From the NCBI GenBank assembly GCA_000004695.1, contig CM000151.3:7392001-7456000 (forward strand): 64,000 nt of DNA, given 5' to 3'. The stretch is from Dictyostelium discoideum (Eukaryota). Positions 59,945-64,000 of this stretch are shown here, piece by piece (the first letter of the stretch is position 1; each line of letters starts with the position of its first letter). Below the pieces are notes generated by a model. The model was not told where the DNA came from. It ran no database searches and was given only the letters and a program-made list of their open reading frames with translations. The position numbers were made by a program, and so were the translations under genes.

Positions 59945-61443
59945 TGATAGAACCCCAAAATAATAAGAATATTAATAATAATATTTATAATAATAATAAT
60001 AATAATTTTAAAATGAATCAAGATGAAAATCAATTAATTTTAAATTCAAAACAATTATTAGAAAAAATTAAAATAAGTAAAAAAAAAAATCCACAATTAA
60101 AATTTATTAGAGTTTGTTGGATTGATATTTCAAATAAAATTAGAACTAAAGCAATTAATATCGATTGGATATTAAATCATGAACCAAAATTAATCCATGT
60201 TTCAATTACAAATGTTTGTATGTCCTTATTATGTTTTGAAGATTCAGTCACAATAGAAGCTTTAAAAAGTGAAAATTTTGGTGAAGCTTTTTTAATTCCA
60301 ATAACAACAACAAAATTAAATATTTTACCATATTGTCCAAGTCATATTCAAATTTTTGGTGAATTTTTTTATTTAGATAATGAAAGTAAAAAATTAAAAC
60401 CATGGTTATTATGTCCAAGAAATTCATTACAAAGAGCAATTGATAGATTAAAAAATAAATTTGGTATTTCACTAAAAGGTTCATTTGAAGAGGAATTTTA
60501 TTTAATTAAAAAAGGTGATAATAATAATTCATCGGTGGCATCATTATTAAATTCAATTGAAAAATTAGATCATGGTACATTTGCAAATTATCATTCATTA
60601 GATTGTTATGGTGATATACTTGAAAAGATAACAAATGCACTTGAGGAACAAGGTTTACCAATTGAACAATTGTTATCAGAGAGTGGTTCAGGTCAATTTG
60701 AAATTACCATTGATTATACTGATATTATGGAAGCATGTGATAGACATATTATAGTACGTCAAACTATTAATTCCATAGCATCGTATAATGGATACATTGC
60801 AACATTTATTCCAAAACCATTTGATGGTTTAGTTGGGTCAGGTTGTCATGCTCATTTATCACTTTGGGATACGAATGATAGTAATTTAACACCGGATGCA
60901 AATGGTGAATGTGGTTTAAGTTTGGTTAATCAATTTTTTATAGGTGGTTTATTAAAACATTCAAAATCGTTAACTGCCCTATTCAACACAACTCCAAATT
61001 CATACAAAAGATTGAAACCATTTTATTGGAGTGGGTGTAACGTTTCTTGGGGATTGGATAATAAGGAATCCTTCATTAGAATACCCTCAAGTCCCTTCTC
61101 AGCCACTGATGGATGTAGTAACTTTGAAATTAAAACAATTGATCATACCTCAAATCCTTATTTGGCAATGGCTGGCATAATTCATGCAGGTTTTGATGGT
61201 ATTGAAAATTCAATAGCTCCACCACCTCCAACTTCATTATTTGATCAATCAGTCCTAAATAATCAATTAATTCCATCAAATTTTGAAGATGCTATTCAAT
61301 CTCTTAAAGAAAATCATTATCTTTGTGAAAATATTGGTAATGATATTTCAAATGCTTTCATTCATGTCAAACTTGCTGAAAATAAAATTTTAAAAGAATT
61401 ATCAGATGATGATCAAATATTAAAATTATTAGAATTATTTTAA
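59944..61443 (+). CDS. Glutamine synthetase family protein, type-I-like (GS catalytic domain), with an Asn-rich N-terminus
   Basis: GS catalytic-domain motifs sit in the correct order: FIPKPFDGLVGSGCHAHLSLW, NSYKRL and ESFIRIPS. Confidence 0.7.
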
Positions 61444-61565
61444 ATGTTTAAAAAAAAAAAAAAAAAGGAAATAATTTTCAAATTTTATTATTTCAAATAT
61501 TTTAAAAATAAATTTTCTATATAAAATAAAAAAGAAATAAACCAAAACTCATTTAAGTGCCAAGA

Positions 61566-61607
<42 letters not shown>

Positions 61608-61990
61608 ATAATAATTTTTTTTTTTTTTTTTTTTAATTTGCAGTAATTTAATTTTATTTATTTTTAATATGATTGTGTATAGATAAATAGTGAACTCGAA
61701 AATACACAAAATGAAATATAAAAAAAACAAATAATTTTTTAAAAAAAAATAAAAAAAATAAAAAAACATAATGATTACATTCATTTTTTATATTTTATAT
61801 CACTTTGTGTATTTTTGGTTCCCTAGTTATCCATATACTGCAATCATATTAAGAATAAATCAAATCATTGTTTTTGAAAAAAAAATTTTTTTTTTTTTTG
61901 TTTCAATTTCACTTTTGTTTTGTCAAATAAATATTATTTTTTTTTTTTTTTTTTGAATTTTTTTTTCAATTTTTTCAATTTTTTTTTTTT

Positions 61991-62030
<40 letters not shown>

Positions 62031-62062
62031 TTTTCGAATCGCATACATACACATATTTTAAA

Positions 62063-62281
62063 ATGTCACAAAATAACCTTAAATTCACCGAATTCCTCAG
62101 CAATGTTAAATCCAAGGCTAACTCAAAGGGTTTCATGAAATTATTCGATATGTACCACAGACAAGTTGTCGTTAAGAAACCATTCAGCTTTTTAGTTCAC
62201 ATCATGTGTGGTCTTACTCTCACTTCATACGTTATTAGACACGATAAAGTTGAACATCACAAAACTCAACCATACCATTAA
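62063..62281 (+). CDS. Small (72-aa) single-pass membrane protein of unknown function with highly-expressed-gene codon bias
   Basis: The ATG-initiated ORF uses C-ending codons (ttc, acc, ctc, agc, tcc, aag) that are atypical for this AT-rich genome. It has one hydrophobic segment, FSFLVHIMCGLTLTSYVI. The function is not recognised. Confidence 0.4.
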   Translation: MSQNNLKFTEFLSNVKSKANSKGFMKLFDMYHRQVVVKKPFSFLVHIMCGLTLTSYVIRHDKVEHHKTQPYH

Positions 62282-62939
62282 ACTTTTTTTTTAAAAAAAA
62301 ATTAATTATAAATATAAAAATATAATCATTTAAATGTAAGTTTTTTTTTTTTTTTTTTAAAAAAAATTTTATGTGTATCAATTTTCATACTAACCATAAA
62401 AAAATATATTCATTTTATTCTTTTTTTTTTTTTTTTTTTTTATAAATTTTTAGAATTTAAAGAAGTTATTGTAATGTCAAATAATAAAACAAAAAAAATA
62501 TAAAATAAAATAAATAAAATAAAATAAAATAAAAAAAAAAATAGAAAACCTTGTTTCAATAATATTAATAATAAATCTCTCATTTTTAAAATGTGATCGG
62601 TGCCAAAATTTTTTTTTTTTTTTTTTTTATTTTTTATTTTTTTTTTTTCTTTAATCTTTATTTTATTTTTTTTTATTTTTTTAAATATCTGGGAACCTTG
62701 AAAAAAAGATATTTTTTTTTTTATTTTTATTTTAATTCTTTTTTTTTTTTTTTTTCAATTGATCATTTTTTTTTCTTTTTTTTTTTTTTTTCTTTTTTTT
62801 TCTATTCACCTTAGGAGATCGTATTCGGTTTCGAATATTATATTATATTTTATATATTGAATAGGTTGACCAACCAATACAATTATTATAATAATTAATT
62901 TTTTATATTTTTTATTATTAATATTTTTAAAATTAAATA

Positions 62940-63965
62940 ATGACAATACCATTAACAACAACCACAATTGTGAATCCAACATTTTTACTATGGATAATTG
63001 TAATATTAGTTCCTGTCACATTAATCACTACATATACTATGACTGATGAATTACATCCAGATTCTCAAATAATTCCTTTTATTTCTTCTTCAATTAATAA
63101 TGCACCAGGTATAAAATTCAAAATTATAATTTTTTTTTTTTTTTTTTTTTCCTAATTTAATTATTACTATTATTAAAATTACTCAAAAATAATTTTTTAT
63201 TTAGAAAGTTGTATTGGATCATATGGATTATCAATTGCATCATTTATTATGGTTATTGTAACATTAATAAAATATTTAATAATTAAAGATAATATTATTA
63301 ACTATCAAGGTGAAATTAATCAAGAGAGTAAAATGAAATTTAATAAATTCATAGCGTCAATGGGTATTATTAGTGGTTTCTCACTTAATGGTGTTGCATC
63401 TTTTCAATATAAAAATGCGAGTGTTCCACATTTAATTTTCGCTGCTCTTTTCTTTATTTGTGGATTTATTTTTATTTTAACTCAAACTATAATTGATGAC
63501 CAAATTAGTAATAATTCAAATAGAATTAAAAATATTAGAAAAGTTTTAATTTTTATTTGTTGTTTATTCATACCTTGTAAGTTTTTTTTATAATTTAAAA
63601 AAAAAAAAAAAAAAAATTAATTATTATTTTAATTATTTTTTTTAACGCTCTTTTTTATTTATTTTTATTTTATTTTTTTTTATTTATTTATTTTTTTTTT
63701 TTTTTAATCATAAAATTTAAATGATTTTATTAATTATAATAATTATAAAAATTATAAAAATTATAAAAATTCAAATTATATTAATAATTAATTTATAGAT
63801 GTAATTTTACAATTTATTCAAAATCCAATTGCAAAAAATATCTCGGCAATATTTGAAATTTCATCGGCCAGTTGTATATTCATTTATATGGTTTCTTTCT
63901 TTTTTGAATTTTCAAAGGTTAATTTGAATATAGAATTTTCTAATCACAACTATGGAAAAATATAG
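62940..63965 (+). CDS. DRAM/TMEM150/Frag1-family multi-pass membrane protein; join(62940..63108,63205..63576,63799..63965)
   Basis: The three exons have donors GTATAA and GTAAGT and acceptors ttatttAG and atttatAG, with phases 1/1. Segment ...SVPHLIFAALFFICGFIFILTQTII aligns with human DRAM1 ...VVHDGGALLAFVCGVVYTLLQSII. There are several TM segments. Confidence 0.6.
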
Positions 63966-64000
63966 AATCTATTAATAGAAAAAAAAAAAAAAAAAAAAAA

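Overview
This window is eukaryotic and almost certainly Dictyostelium discoideum nuclear DNA, not a prokaryotic locus. It is roughly 78% AT, with long poly(A)/(T) runs and poly-Asn/Gln coding tracts. Introns are short and AT-rich, running from GTAAGT to AG. FNIP-repeat genes and tRNA-targeted TRE retroelements are present. Spore-coat genes sit behind GT/CA-rich (CAE) promoter elements. There are therefore no operons, CRISPR arrays or rRNA genes.

Recognisable genes, in order along the window:
- LEA-like 11-mer repeat protein (-)
- ALDH7/antiquitin (-, two exons)
- ponticulin-like secreted protein (+)
- EngB/YihA GTPase (+)
- DPH3/KTI11 (-, two exons)
- FNIP-repeat protein (-)
- GCN2-type eIF2-alpha kinase (+)
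- two spore-coat family genes (the second is cotA/SP96-like)
- RhoGAP protein (+)
- LARP1 with La motif and DM15 (+)
- protein kinase fused to a DUSP phosphatase domain (-)
- a large unknown gene (-)
- type-I-like glutamine synthetase (+)
- a small membrane protein (+)
- a DRAM/Frag1-family three-exon gene (+)

Mobile DNA:
- A gag-protease remnant of a Ty3-type LTR retrotransposon lies at about 16.8-18.5 kb.
- A nested cluster of 5'-truncated TRE-type non-LTR retrotransposon fragments lies at 38.4-47.8 kb.
- That cluster sits next to a tRNA-Val(AAC) gene and two inverted copies of an intron-containing tRNA-Ala(UGC) with ex-B boxes.

Most unusual observations:
- A multicopy, degenerate gene family encodes zinc ribbons plus a C-terminal Vsr-like (FVDGxFWHGH-type) endonuclease domain. 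Copies are tied to a roughly 450-bp repeat that also captured the 3' end of ALDH7.
- The eIF2-alpha kinase ORF starts abruptly inside kinase subdomain I. It is bracketed by a perfect 46-bp direct repeat that splits an FNIP gene in two.
- A single-base A16 homopolymer frame break divides one large gene.

The ORF track's leading 'M' is sometimes TTG or GTG rather than ATG, so the track's N-termini were not trusted.
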